Assembly (NCBI GenBank): GCA_050179755.1
Contig: JBFXEV010000001.1
Coordinates: forward strand, 143,881 to 207,880
Source: Candidatus Babeliales bacterium
Lineage (GTDB): Bacteria > Babelota > Babeliae > Babelales > JBFXEV01
DNA length: 64,000 nt
Direction of reading: 5' to 3'
Each line of letters opens with the position of its first letter. Within the stretch, counting starts at the first letter, position 1. This document shows positions 29,563 through 40,663 of the stretch, one piece after another. A program made the translations under genes and the position numbers. The notes beneath the pieces are model-generated. The model saw only the letters and a program-made list of their open reading frames with translations, was not told where the DNA came from and searched no databases.

Positions 29563-30786
29563 TTATAGAAGCCAATGCGGAGCCGGTTCATATAAAATGA
29601 ATGGCTTCGCTTTAATGTAAAAGGCTTGTGTATCGCGCTTAAGCGCCTGCACAAGCCTTTTTTTATCTATCTTGCCTTCAATATATTCACGAATAATTGG
29701 TGAGCCCATTGCCCTATCAAAATTTCCAAATGATAATTGCACGCCTTCTTTTTTAAAAAATTCAAGAACAGCAAGAAGTGCATGAATTGTAGAAACTTTA
29801 TTGGGATCTTCAATTTTCAAATCTAACCCCACAAAGTAATCTTGTCTGCGTTTGCTGTAATACGTATGCCAACAACTTACAATATGCAGATCTTTTAACA
29901 CGGTGCGCAAAGCATCAAATTTTTTAACATCAAACTTTAATTTTTTGGGTATACCAATCACGGTGAATTCTTCTGTTGCCCCATCAACATTAAGAGGCCA
30001 TACTTCTCCTATAAGGCCCAAAAATGAATATCCTCTGAGTGATTTAAGTGTGGTAATTTTAGGAGAAAGAGGAGCTAATAATGTAGTAAAAATCATGTCT
30101 CTGCGATAATCTGCCATTTTAACCACGGTCAACAACACTGTGTCTTGAAAATAATACTTATTAAAAAATGTTGCCAGCTCACCAAACGTCATGCCATGGC
30201 GCACTGGAATCGGGGCAATGCCAATAAACGATTTTAATGCCGGTTCCACAAGCGGCGCTTCCATTACGCCGCCTAACGGATTTGGCCGATCTAGAATTAT
30301 AACCGGTTTTCCAAATTGACTTGCAACTTCTAATAACTTATACATAGTAGAAACATAGGTATAATGACGCATACCAGCATCTTGCATATCAAATATGAAC
30401 ACATCAATTGCATCAAGAAGTGCAGTATCAACTTGCTTGCCTTGTGTTGTGTGATCACCACCCTGACTATACACACTTACAATGGGCAAACCAGTTTTGG
30501 CATCTTTGGCATCATGCACGGTTTTACCTCGTTCTACCATGCCTTCAATACCATGCTCTGGTGCAAACAAATGTGTAATATTTAAACCTTTATTCAAAAG
30601 TAGATCTATATTGCGATTGCCTTGTTGATCTTTACCGGTTTGGTTTGTCACCAAGCCAATACGTTTGCCTTTAAGTGATGTAATGAGTTCATTTGAAATA
30701 TTTTCAAGGCCAAGTTTATACTGAGCAAATAAAGAAAATGAAGAACACAATAACAAAAATAAATATATTGAATGAAGCACATACAT
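29563..30786 (-). CDS. DUF1343 / NamZ-like exo-beta-N-acetylmuramidase
   Basis: GLVTNQTG, FAPEHG, FDMQDAG, LDRPNPLGG, RHGMTFGELA. Confidence 0.85.
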   Translation of the reverse strand: MYVLHSIYLFLLLCSSFSLFAQYKLGLENISNELITSLKGKRIGLVTNQTGKDQQGNRNIDLLLNKGLNITHLFAPEHGIEGMVERGKTVHDAKDAKTGLPIVSVYSQGGDHTTQGKQVDTALLDAIDVFIFDMQDAGMRHYTYVSTMYKLLEVASQFGKPVIILDRPNPLGGVMEAPLVEPALKSFIGIAPIPVRHGMTFGELATFFNKYYFQDTVLLTVVKMADYRRDMIFTTLLAPLSPKITTLKSLRGYSFLGLIGEVWPLNVDGATEEFTVIGIPKKLKFDVKKFDALRTVLKDLHIVSCWHTYYSKRRQDYFVGLDLKIEDPNKVSTIHALLAVLEFFKKEGVQLSFGNFDRAMGSPIIREYIEGKIDKKRLVQALKRDTQAFYIKAKPFILYEPAPHWLL

Positions 30787-30825
30787 AACAAACCTCTATG
30801 CAAGTTCTTATTTTGCAATAATTAA

Positions 30826-31137
30826 TTATTCTGCTGCAGCAGACTCTTGCGTTTGCTCGGTTGTACCAGAAGCTAGAGCTTCGCTTATTTCTGTTTTAGG
30901 CTCTTCTGCTTCCACAGTAGGCTTAGAAGATATATCTTCAACTGCTTGGTTTTCTTTACCATTCTGCGCGGTTGCATCTTTAGACTTTTCGGAACTCATT
31001 TGTTGAGATCTCCTGGTAGGTATTAATTTAAGGCCTGCCCATTTACCCCCGCGCACCCCACCAGAACTTTCTTGCATCGCGTACACAGCACAAAAAACAA
31101 ATGCTGCTGACAATAAAAACACAATCTTTTTATTCAT
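30826..31137 (-). CDS. Small secreted low-complexity protein
   Basis: Signal peptide VYA-MQE; GGAG SD. Confidence 0.75.
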   Translation of the reverse strand: MNKKIVFLLSAAFVFCAVYAMQESSGGVRGGKWAGLKLIPTRRSQQMSSEKSKDATAQNGKENQAVEDISSKPTVEAEEPKTEISEALASGTTEQTQESAAAE

Positions 31138-31258
31138 AATTTCTCCACTACTTTATTGTTGACTATTATTGAACAGCTTTAAAAAAAGCTATAAATAAAG
31201 CTTTAATCAACATTGAGCATAAGTTAAATGAGCATAAAGATGCAATGGTTACTAAAAA

Positions 31259-31290
31259 ATATGCCTCAGTTTTTTAGAGCTGAGGCATAT
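31259..31290 (-). terminator. Intrinsic terminator after the Ntn-hydrolase gene
   Basis: ATATGCCTCAG / CTGAGGCATAT stem, minus-strand T-tract. Confidence 0.75.
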
Positions 31291-31325
31291 GTTATATTAC
31301 AAAAAAATAAGTACTTACTCACTCA

Positions 31326-34300
31326 TCACGCACAACCAAATTTTTTCTTAATGCTCAGCGGTATTTCATTAGTATCATAATTGCCTTCAAAAAAATATGC
31401 TTGATCTGTTGCATGCGGTTCCACAATCACCAGCGACTCACCATTAACTTCACGAACAGTGAGCAAACTAGAAAATCCTATTTGCGATGCAGTCTGAAAA
31501 TGAGTTAATCTTCCGCAAGCATCGCGTTGTGCATAGAAAACTTGCCCTTCACGATTAAGTGTTGGAGTGCCATTTTTTACAACAAAATTATTTTCCAGGA
31601 ATAATGTTACATATGGTGGAACTGGCAATTGTACCGTTCTTTGATTTTGTCCCCAGCCTGGGTGCAATGGCACGCCATTATCTTGAATCAAATCTAAGTT
31701 CGCGCGGCCTGTAACTGGATCTGCTAATCCTGTTCCTGCATTAGATCCCGTTACCATTATCTCAAGACCATCTTTAAACGCTTGAGCAATAAAGATTTGA
31801 CGATCATCTGCATTATTTAAATCAAGACCTGTTGATGCCAAAATGTTATCATACCATTGATAATACACGGGATTGCCTAAATCGGGGCCAATCTGCAATA
31901 CACGCAATATTAATGAATAACAAAAATATGCATTTGCAGATATTGCTACTGGTAATACTCGTGATTGATCAGGCGTTTCTTGTGACCAATCGCCGGTAGG
32001 TTCAGTTATAAAAAGTAAGAACGCGTAATTCAGCCCTGTTACTTCCCGTAAGATCGGATCGGGGATTCCTTGCTCAAACATGTTTCTGCCAAGCATAGAA
32101 ATCCATAATTGTGAAAGAACCCATCGGCCATCCCAATTTAATCCTTCCATGCGATCTGCTTGATCAACATTTGGAATTGATCGACCATCATATGGCTCAC
32201 TTAGAAGTTTTATTCCGCGTTCAATTTCATGAGGGGACAAACCAATGTCTAGGCCCTTTGCCTGCAATGCCGTAAGACATGTTTCTCTCATAGTATTTGG
32301 GAACATATCTGAAGCATAATTTTGAAATTCTGCTTGCACAATACGGCGACCATCTCGTTGTAAATTTAGTTGACTCCAAAGATCTTGTATGTCTTGAAAT
32401 ACTAATTTACCTTGCTCATCGAGTTTCTGATTAATATCATAAAAGATAGATCCTACGCGATCATATTCAAAACTGGAACCAAAATTAGTCTGATCATCAT
32501 TAGACCAAATTCCATTCCACGCAGCAATAAAACCACAGGATGGATTTTGGAAATATCGTGAACCATCCGCACGATATTCTGCATTAGTGGGAACTGGCAA
32601 GGTTCTTGGAAAGACTAAACTTTCAAAAAACTTAGTTTCTGTTGCATCTTGCGGGTATAATCGATTAAAGTCAGGAGTTGTAATCGTATTATAAAAACCA
32701 CCGCTAATAGAATAAATATTATTCTTATTATCAAAACCACCATACATGAAAACAAATGGATTTGAATTCCAATTTACGGCAAATTCTTTGATCCTATTAA
32801 AAGGGAGCATGCCAAAATAGTTTGCAAAACCCTTAAGATATGCACCAATATCAGTTAACCAATCAAATGGTTGGCGAATAATGGTCACAAACTCAGGATT
32901 TTCATCATCAAACAAACGAAAATCAAATTCTAAACCATGTCGTTGATCATTACCTTGATAAATTTTGGTGAAAAAGAATGTAATACTCCCGTCTGGTTCT
33001 CGCACATAAATGGTCGATTGCTCTTTGCCACCTGGTACATTTTCTGTGCCAGTCTCTTCATCATAAATAAGAATAAGATTTGCAGCATCTTCAAACGCCG
33101 CATCGCGAGCTGCAACTGAAGTTACTTCTGGGGATAAAAATATTTCACAACCAGATTTTGATCTAACATAGGTAGTAATTAAAGCTGGTGAATAACTAGA
33201 TGCTTCAGGTGTAAAAAATGAAGTAGCTCTCCATACAGCACCGAGTGTAAAATTATCAATATCCCCGTCAAAACCATATGCTGTTTGCGAATTGCCAAAC
33301 ATCATAGCCGATCCATCTTTTGTTAAACTTGAACCGACTACTAGCCAATCTGACATAATTCTTCTATCTAGCAGCTTTCTTCTGTCATTTGCAAATTTGG
33401 CAACAACTTGTTTAGCAAAGTTTTGACGTTGCTCCTCAGACAGCGAACTTTCTGTGTGGTGCTTTCGAGCTTTCGTATCAACTTTTTTTGATGCACTATT
33501 TTTCAAAAAATTATTTTCACAATACAGCCCTGATCTATCGCCTTCTTTTACCGTAAACCTAAAATTGTAACTTGTATCACCATTACAATCATTAATCAGA
33601 TTAAAAGCGTCAATACCACCTGATGGATCTACACTGGTCGAATCAACATTAGGTAAATACGCATTAAATATTTGATCAAAAGGAGCCACAGATGATCCAA
33701 AAATATCATTAGAGCCTTGCAATGCTTTGACAAAAACAGCACGATTAAAAAGTCCATATGCCACGTTAATATCAGCAGTAACGTCTTGCCAAAACCAGTT
33801 TAATATGCCAATACCTTCTATAAAATCTGCTGGTAATGGCTCAAGCCCATTTTGTACTTTGATAATATAATCTATATAAGCCTGGTGACGACCATCAAGA
33901 AAATCAAGCATTGCAACCGGAAAATCAGTGCCTTGTTGACTCTCTATTTGCCCCTCTATCTGAGCATTAGTATAAGTAATACGCCGCGCATGCACGTCAA
34001 AAAATAAATCAGCGCCCACAATATACTCTGCTGTTCTTCCGGCAGCAGAAAGATAGGCAAATACTAGTGGCGCAAAGTTAACTTTAACATCGGGCTCGGC
34101 TGTCATATATCCAATTTGATACCAATAAGAGCCAACGCCGTGCTCTGGTCCCTGATTTGGCGTACCGATCACTATAGGCCGACCAAATTGATCATACTCA
34201 ACGTGCAGCGGCACGTTCACATCAACTGAGGGCAATGCGCAATTATTTTTATTCTTTTTACAACATAATTTATTGCTAGTCCCTGCACGTGTAACATCAA

Positions 34301-34385
34301 ATGCTTGCGCATCTGCATGTACAATAAATAAACTAAAAAATAAACTATATAACACGTTGATACTTAATAATTTGAAATGTTTCAT
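31326..34385 (-). CDS. Divergent penicillin acylase family (S45, Ntn-hydrolase) secreted protein
   Basis: VEYDQFGRPIV, GYMTAE, AAGRTAEY..D..AR; SDWLVVGSSLTKDGSAMMFGNSQ (beta-chain Ser); QNPSCGFIAAWN. Confidence 0.7.
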   Translation of the reverse strand: MKHFKLLSINVLYSLFFSLFIVHADAQAFDVTRAGTSNKLCCKKNKNNCALPSVDVNVPLHVEYDQFGRPIVIGTPNQGPEHGVGSYWYQIGYMTAEPDVKVNFAPLVFAYLSAAGRTAEYIVGADLFFDVHARRITYTNAQIEGQIESQQGTDFPVAMLDFLDGRHQAYIDYIIKVQNGLEPLPADFIEGIGILNWFWQDVTADINVAYGLFNRAVFVKALQGSNDIFGSSVAPFDQIFNAYLPNVDSTSVDPSGGIDAFNLINDCNGDTSYNFRFTVKEGDRSGLYCENNFLKNSASKKVDTKARKHHTESSLSEEQRQNFAKQVVAKFANDRRKLLDRRIMSDWLVVGSSLTKDGSAMMFGNSQTAYGFDGDIDNFTLGAVWRATSFFTPEASSYSPALITTYVRSKSGCEIFLSPEVTSVAARDAAFEDAANLILIYDEETGTENVPGGKEQSTIYVREPDGSITFFFTKIYQGNDQRHGLEFDFRLFDDENPEFVTIIRQPFDWLTDIGAYLKGFANYFGMLPFNRIKEFAVNWNSNPFVFMYGGFDNKNNIYSISGGFYNTITTPDFNRLYPQDATETKFFESLVFPRTLPVPTNAEYRADGSRYFQNPSCGFIAAWNGIWSNDDQTNFGSSFEYDRVGSIFYDINQKLDEQGKLVFQDIQDLWSQLNLQRDGRRIVQAEFQNYASDMFPNTMRETCLTALQAKGLDIGLSPHEIERGIKLLSEPYDGRSIPNVDQADRMEGLNWDGRWVLSQLWISMLGRNMFEQGIPDPILREVTGLNYAFLLFITEPTGDWSQETPDQSRVLPVAISANAYFCYSLILRVLQIGPDLGNPVYYQWYDNILASTGLDLNNADDRQIFIAQAFKDGLEIMVTGSNAGTGLADPVTGRANLDLIQDNGVPLHPGWGQNQRTVQLPVPPYVTLFLENNFVVKNGTPTLNREGQVFYAQRDACGRLTHFQTASQIGFSSLLTVREVNGESLVIVEPHATDQAYFFEGNYDTNEIPLSIKKKFGCA

Positions 34386-34417
34386 TGAAAACCCTCTTTG
34401 AATTTAAAAATTAATAT

Positions 34418-35611
34418 TTAGGCTGCCATAAATGCTTCTAAAAAGCCAAGCCATTTGGTCCATTCTGACCATAACAGCTTTTCATATGAATATTCAATAC
34501 GGTATAATGGCAAATAGATCGTTAAGCCTTTGGCATCACGGTATTTTTGGCTTACCGAATTTGCAATCACGGCTTTAGAAATAAGTGGCAATGTAGAACG
34601 AATTAAATCTTGCAAATATATTCTGCTTTTTATGTCTAAATTAATAGTATTAATATTAGTAAACACCGTATTTAGCCATTGATACAAATCAATATATGAT
34701 TCACCACCAAATGGCAAACATACACCTTTCTGTAATGTAGTTACCAATCCTTCACGAATGATCGCTTTATCTCTTTTCTTTAGTTCTTTACTATAAAATT
34801 GACTAAACAAATTTAATTTATTTACTACTGCATCAAGTTGTTTCAAATCAATCGCTGAAAGTGTGTACTCTTGATTTGTTTTTTTATAGCACTCTGCATA
34901 CGCTTTGACCATATGCTTTGCCAAATCAATTGGCTGGGGAGCACCTGATTTAAATGGCGCCAGCGTCAATGCATATTGATAACCATGCCCAGGAATAGTA
35001 TCTTCTGACGCCACATAATAATCTGCATAGCGGGCAAACGTATAAGCAACTTCTAATGAGCCCATTAAGCATGCATCACAAGCCACAAGATCAATTTTTT
35101 TGCCACCACGGAATTTATCACAAATCCAGCCAAATGCTGCAAAGCAATCACGATCAGTCAAATAATGGTGGGTAGTATCATCAAAACAAATACCTTTTAT
35201 TGCACTTGGCCTTCTGTTGAGCGGTCCGCTACCATGATCCCACAATACTACCGCAAAATGCTCTGATGGATAATCAGTATGCGCCCATTCCAAAGCTTCA
35301 ATAAACGTTGCAACATCACCACTGTCTTTTACTGTCACATCTCCAATAGGCACTAAGTTATCTTTTTCAACATAGTATTTAATGGTTTTCTTTTCTTCAT
35401 TTTCTCGTTTGACAGTAGTATATGCAATAATGTTTACATATTCATTAGAGCCAATTTCCATCATTTCTTTAAGATCAAGATCTGCATATTTTGCTAAGTT
35501 ATTATCTCCTGCAATATACACAAGAAAGGTCCAGGGCTTGTTATCAGCACAGATTAATGATGCCACAAAAAATAAATATATATTTACAAAACTGAATATT
35601 CTTTGGTTCAT
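34418..35611 (-). CDS. Clostripain family (C11) cysteine peptidase
   Basis: WTFLVYIAGDNNL, WDHGSG, ACDACLMG, VASED. Confidence 0.9.
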   Translation of the reverse strand: MNQRIFSFVNIYLFFVASLICADNKPWTFLVYIAGDNNLAKYADLDLKEMMEIGSNEYVNIIAYTTVKRENEEKKTIKYYVEKDNLVPIGDVTVKDSGDVATFIEALEWAHTDYPSEHFAVVLWDHGSGPLNRRPSAIKGICFDDTTHHYLTDRDCFAAFGWICDKFRGGKKIDLVACDACLMGSLEVAYTFARYADYYVASEDTIPGHGYQYALTLAPFKSGAPQPIDLAKHMVKAYAECYKKTNQEYTLSAIDLKQLDAVVNKLNLFSQFYSKELKKRDKAIIREGLVTTLQKGVCLPFGGESYIDLYQWLNTVFTNINTINLDIKSRIYLQDLIRSTLPLISKAVIANSVSQKYRDAKGLTIYLPLYRIEYSYEKLLWSEWTKWLGFLEAFMAA

Positions 35612-35678
35612 GCCTGCTCCTTAAGAATTAAGGCTTAAGAAATTTGCTATGCTTTCTAAAATTTCTATAATTACAATC

Positions 35679-36890
35679 TTACTTCTTCAAATATGCTTGC
35701 AAGAAACTTGTCCACTGAGCAGCACCGGTCCACAATAAATTCTTGTAAGAAGAGTCCATTACGGTACGCGGAAAATAAATAGTCATACCATATGATTTGG
35801 CATAATTTTTACTATTACAACGAGCAAGCACTGCTTTGGTAATAAGTGGTAATGTTGCAGTAATTAAGTCTTTCAAGGTTTTAGTATCTTGCGTACTTAA
35901 TTTCATAGTCACTATATTATTTTGTATATTACTAAGCCATTGATATAAATCAATATAATCCATGGTACCATAATGTATGGTTGCCGCTGGTGCAATGAGT
36001 GCGGCCAATGCTTGTTTAAGATTAGTTTTGTTAGGAGTTTTTAATTGCGAGATAAAGAATTGCGCTATCTTATTAAGATTAGTCACCACTGCATCAAGTT
36101 GTTTTAAATCAAGTGCAGACAGTGTATAATCCCAACCAGATGTTTTATAAGCATCGTCATACGCCTTTACCATGCTTTTTGCAAAATCAACAGGTTTTGG
36201 ATTTCCATTTTTAAGAGGTGCAAGCGCACGTGCATATTGATAACCATAACCAGGAATATTTTCTTCTGATGCAACAAAATAATCAACATACGTGCGGAAC
36301 GTATGGGCAACTTCAAGTGATGCCATTAAGCACGCATCGCATGCTACAATATCAATCTTCTTGCCATTGCGATACGTATTATTTACGTACTTAAATACGT
36401 CGCAACAATCACGATCAGTCAAAAAATGGTGCGTTGTATCATCCCAACATATACCTTTCCAACCTTGCGGGCTTCTGCCAGGATTCAAAGTTCCACTACC
36501 ATGATCCCATAAAACCACCGCTATGCGATCAGACGGATAATTAACTACCGCCCATTCCAGTGCTTTTTTAAAGGTTGCAACAGAACCACTATCTTCTACC
36601 GTGGTAGAGCCAATCTTTTTTAATGATCCTGGAAGAACTTCATACCGATTTGTTTGTTTTGGTTTGCCTACTTGTTTTTCTGTAGTGTAAGCAATGATAT
36701 GCGCATTTGCATTGGAGCCAACTTTCATCATCTCGCCCAAATCAAGCGTCACAAATTGTGCAAGGTTATTATCGCCAGCAATATAAACAAAGAATGTCCA
36801 TGGTTTTTTGGGGGCCTTGGCTGCCTTACAAGGCAGCCAAGCCATTGATACTAAACTAAGTGCTACTATTACTATTCTTCTTTTATTCAT
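35679..36890 (-). CDS. Clostripain family (C11) cysteine peptidase, tandem paralog
   Basis: WTFFVYIAGDNNL, WDHGSG, ACDACLMA, VASEE. Confidence 0.9.
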   Translation of the reverse strand: MNKRRIVIVALSLVSMAWLPCKAAKAPKKPWTFFVYIAGDNNLAQFVTLDLGEMMKVGSNANAHIIAYTTEKQVGKPKQTNRYEVLPGSLKKIGSTTVEDSGSVATFKKALEWAVVNYPSDRIAVVLWDHGSGTLNPGRSPQGWKGICWDDTTHHFLTDRDCCDVFKYVNNTYRNGKKIDIVACDACLMASLEVAHTFRTYVDYFVASEENIPGYGYQYARALAPLKNGNPKPVDFAKSMVKAYDDAYKTSGWDYTLSALDLKQLDAVVTNLNKIAQFFISQLKTPNKTNLKQALAALIAPAATIHYGTMDYIDLYQWLSNIQNNIVTMKLSTQDTKTLKDLITATLPLITKAVLARCNSKNYAKSYGMTIYFPRTVMDSSYKNLLWTGAAQWTSFLQAYLKK

Positions 36891-36903
36891 ACTCTTACTC
36901 CCT

Positions 36904-38880
36904 TTAGAGTGAAATGAGTAATAATGATACGATTGACATTAACTTAATTAAAATATTAAGCGCAGGTCCTGAGGTGTCTTTAAAGGGATCGCCCACCGTG
37001 TCGCCAATCACAGCCGCGCGATGCGCATCTGATCCTTTGCCACCAACATTACCCGCTTCAATATATTTCTTTGCATTATCCCAAGCGCCACCGCCATTAG
37101 ACATCATAAGCGCAAGCAATACGCCAACAACGGTTGCACCAACAAGTAAACCGCCAAGAGCTTCTACGCCCATGGTATATTTTACTATAACTGGCACAAT
37201 CACGGTGAGCACACCAGGCAATACCATTTCACGCAATGAAGCTTTAGTAGCAATAGCAATGCAGCGTTCATAATCAGGTTGAGCAGTACCTGCCATAAGT
37301 CCTGGTATTTCTTTAAACTGACGGCGAACTTCCATAACCATTTTAAGAGCAGCATCACCAACTGACCTCATAGTGAGTGCAGAGACAATAAATGGCATAA
37401 TGCCGCCAAGAAACAATCCACCAAGCACAAAAGGATCTAAAACATTAAGCGCAATCAAATGTGCGCCTTGTGCATACGCAGAAAACAATGCAAGCGCTGT
37501 CAGTAATGCAGAACCAATTGCAAAGCCTTTACCAATAGCTGCGGTAGTATTACCCAACGCATCAAGTTTATCAGTAATCGCACGCACGTCTTTACCAAAA
37601 CCCGACATTTCTGCAATACCGCCTGCGTTATCTGCAATCGGCCCATATGCATCAACACTCATGGTAATACCTACTGTTGCAAGCATAGAAACTGCAGCAA
37701 GTGCAATGCCATAGAGCCCACCACCATAGGTAAATGAAACAAGCACAGAAATTACCAAAACTATAATAGGAAGTGCTGTTGACTCCATGCCAAGCGACAA
37801 TCCATAAATCAAGTTCGTTGCAGCACCAGATTGCGAACTGTGTGCCAACTTTACAACTGGCGTGCTGCCAGTGTAATACTCTGTAATTGACCCAATAAGC
37901 ATGCCCGTAACACAACCCACCACTATTGCAGTGAATAGTGTGAAATCTAATGAGGCATATTTTAAATATACGGCAGAAGCTGCCAAAAATACTGCTATTG
38001 CCACGTATGTAGCATTTCTAAGCATTGCAGCAGGATTAACTTTAAAAAAGAAGTTTGAAGCAAGACCAGCAGCAGAACTAAAAAGCCCCATAATGGAAAG
38101 CATTAATGGCAACGTTACATAACCAAGCGTGCTATATGCAGGTGAAGTTATTGCAAGAATAATGGTTGATACCATAGCACCAACATATGATTCAAAAATA
38201 TCAGCACCCATTCCAGCAGTATCGCCAACACAATCACCCACGTTATCAGCAATAACTGCTGGATTTCGAGGATCGTCTTCTGGAATGCCTGCTTCTAGTT
38301 TACCCACCAAGTCTGCACCAACGTCTGCTGATTTAGTATAAATACCACCGCCCACGCGCGCAAAAAAAGCAACCAAACTTGCCCCAAAACCAAAACTAGT
38401 AAGGAGTGAAATAAAATCTGGATGTTCAATAAATAAGTAAACAACTGCACCAACACCTAGTAAACCAAATGTTGCCACTGCAAAACCCATTACACCACCG
38501 CCAAAAAAGGCAGTTAAAAATGCTTGGTGTTCACCTTGTTGCTTTGCAGCCATAGTGGTGCGCACGTTTGCAATAGTTGCTGCGCGCATGCCCACATAAC
38601 CAGTTATTGCAGAAAGCAATGAACCTGCAATAAACACTAATGCATTCACCGGCGCTGCAAAATATGCAAGCGCAAGCGCTAGTACGCCCACAACAATAGC
38701 AATAATTCTGTATTCTTCACGCAAAAAGGTCATTGCACCCTTTTGAATGGCATCGGCAATTGACTGCGCTTTGGCATCGTCAACTTTGATACTTCTAATA
38801 CGTGTGAACAAGCCATATACAATGGCTAACCCAAACAGTACGGCAATCTTGCCTAATAATGTTACCGCTAATAACGTCAT
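36904..38880 (-). CDS. hppA: Membrane-bound cation-translocating pyrophosphatase
   Basis: [58 protein letters not shown]. Confidence 0.96.
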   Translation of the reverse strand: MTLLAVTLLGKIAVLFGLAIVYGLFTRIRSIKVDDAKAQSIADAIQKGAMTFLREEYRIIAIVVGVLALALAYFAAPVNALVFIAGSLLSAITGYVGMRAATIANVRTTMAAKQQGEHQAFLTAFFGGGVMGFAVATFGLLGVGAVVYLFIEHPDFISLLTSFGFGASLVAFFARVGGGIYTKSADVGADLVGKLEAGIPEDDPRNPAVIADNVGDCVGDTAGMGADIFESYVGAMVSTIILAITSPAYSTLGYVTLPLMLSIMGLFSSAAGLASNFFFKVNPAAMLRNATYVAIAVFLAASAVYLKYASLDFTLFTAIVVGCVTGMLIGSITEYYTGSTPVVKLAHSSQSGAATNLIYGLSLGMESTALPIIVLVISVLVSFTYGGGLYGIALAAVSMLATVGITMSVDAYGPIADNAGGIAEMSGFGKDVRAITDKLDALGNTTAAIGKGFAIGSALLTALALFSAYAQGAHLIALNVLDPFVLGGLFLGGIMPFIVSALTMRSVGDAALKMVMEVRRQFKEIPGLMAGTAQPDYERCIAIATKASLREMVLPGVLTVIVPVIVKYTMGVEALGGLLVGATVVGVLLALMMSNGGGAWDNAKKYIEAGNVGGKGSDAHRAAVIGDTVGDPFKDTSGPALNILIKLMSIVSLLLISL

Positions 38881-38996
38881 ATAATGAAACTCCTACAGTA
38901 AAAATTATATTTTCTGGTTACATATTACTTCAAGAGAAAATTATTGTAAACCATAGTTCAGTATACAAAAAAAGCGATTCTGCCATACTTTATTCT

Positions 38997-39737
38997 ATGG
39001 AAACACCTCAATTATCAGGCTTTTTATTCATTAATAAGCCCAAAGACATAACATCATTTGAGTGCATCAGAAAACTACAAAAAATAGTGGGCTATAAAAA
39101 AGGCATTGGCCATACTGGCACGTTAGATCCTTTTGCCACAGGTCTTTTGATTATTGCATTTGGCCGCAGCGCCACAAAACATAGTGATAAATTCTTAAGA
39201 CTAGATAAAACATATGTTGCTAAAGGCAAGTTAGGCCAGCTTACTGATACATTAGATTATACAGGCACGGTGATTGTTCAAGCTGATGCTTCTGCAATTC
39301 ATCAATTTGATATAGAATCTGCCATTCAACAACTTGGCATCCAGTACACGCAAACACCACCAATCTATGCAGCTCTTAAGCATCAAGGAAAACCTCTTTA
39401 TCAACTGGCTCGTAATGAAGAACTTACGGCCCAAGAACTTGCACAAATTGCTGAACAAAAACAAAGAACGGTGAACTTATATAAACTTGAACTTATTGAC
39501 TGGCAGCCACCTTTCTTTACGCTAAAAGCGCATGTCTCTCACGGCACGTATATTCGATCGCTCGTCAATGATATTGCACAACGCGCAGGCTCATGCGCTA
39601 CCACGTATGAACTTGAAAGAACCAATATTGGTCCATTTTCACTAGATAATGCAATAACTCTTAATGAGATTACAACACTTGATGATATTAAAAAACATCT
39701 CATTTCAATTAAAAATATGCTCGACTATCTGTGTTAG
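38997..39737 (+). CDS. truB: tRNA pseudouridine(55) synthase
   Basis: GHTGTLDPFATG, TDTLDYTG, QTPPIYAALK, GTYIRSL; likely start ATG 38997. Confidence 0.95.
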   Translation: METPQLSGFLFINKPKDITSFECIRKLQKIVGYKKGIGHTGTLDPFATGLLIIAFGRSATKHSDKFLRLDKTYVAKGKLGQLTDTLDYTGTVIVQADASAIHQFDIESAIQQLGIQYTQTPPIYAALKHQGKPLYQLARNEELTAQELAQIAEQKQRTVNLYKLELIDWQPPFFTLKAHVSHGTYIRSLVNDIAQRAGSCATTYELERTNIGPFSLDNAITLNEITTLDDIKKHLISIKNMLDYLC

Positions 39738-39825
39738 TTAATGCTGCTATAGGCCGTTTTAATGTTTTGCTGCAGATTGAATTTCAGCTTTTACGCGTTG
39801 CGATCTTGGTTTCTAAGGTTTTGTT

Positions 39826-40659
39826 TTAAACATCGTGCTTAATGTCAAACTTCATTCGCTCAATATATACCCAATCTAATAACGTTATCTTGGCAGGGCA
39901 ATTGCCACAATGTTCGCCATTTTTACAATCAAACCATTTTTCACAAAAAACATCTGCCACAGTCCTACCAGTGCCATCTTTTTGCTGTAATATTTCACGC
40001 AGTTTAGTAATTATTTGATCAAATTTTGTTTGAGCATCTGCTTTTTTCTTTACATCTTCTTCGCAAACAACTTGGTATAATCCTCCTTGCGCAAGGCATA
40101 TGCTGCGCACTAATTGCCTAAGTACTACTTTACCATCCGGTACCTGACTTCTTGGATAACTATGTTTAGCATCGGTAATTCTATCAGCGCATAGATGAAA
40201 TAAAGTTTTTTTATTTGCTTTAAGAGTGACTGCAAAATCAGCTCCATGACTTAGCAACAAATCCACTGATTGCCATGCATGCTTTAATTGTTGTTGGCAA
40301 CGCTCATCACTATCAGCCTTTATGTATAGTGCTTGAGCCACTGCTACATACAATGGAGATTTCCCCGTGTATGTATCAACCACATTCACTGCAGCCTTTG
40401 CTTGGAGCAAGGCATTTGCAACCACAACAGATCCTTGTTTTATTGCTATCATTAAAGGAGCTTCACCCGGAAACTTCCGATTTGATTTATTAGCAGCGTT
40501 AACGTCAACGCCGGATTTATCAATTACATTTTGTAATAACAAGATGTCCCCTGTTGTTACCGCGTGCATAAAACGCAACTGATTGCCTACTGCTTCCTTA
40601 TTCATAGCAACTATTGCGTTTGCGGCAACAGCTATCAATAAAAAAAAGAAAATGTGCAA
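39826..40659 (-). CDS. Secreted ankyrin repeat protein with C-terminal Cys/His cluster
   Basis: Likely TTG start at 40659 just after murE; IVA-MNK leader; GEAPLMIA, GKSPLYVA; CEKWFDCKNGEHCGNC. Confidence 0.8.
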   Translation of the reverse strand: MHIFFFLLIAVAANAIVAMNKEAVGNQLRFMHAVTTGDILLLQNVIDKSGVDVNAANKSNRKFPGEAPLMIAIKQGSVVVANALLQAKAAVNVVDTYTGKSPLYVAVAQALYIKADSDERCQQQLKHAWQSVDLLLSHGADFAVTLKANKKTLFHLCADRITDAKHSYPRSQVPDGKVVLRQLVRSICLAQGGLYQVVCEEDVKKKADAQTKFDQIITKLREILQQKDGTGRTVADVFCEKWFDCKNGEHCGNCPAKITLLDWVYIERMKFDIKHDV

Positions 40660-40663
40660 TTTT

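Noticed and set aside
36914..38341. Several plus-strand ORFs within hppA
   Set aside because: Antisense shadows of a conserved membrane protein
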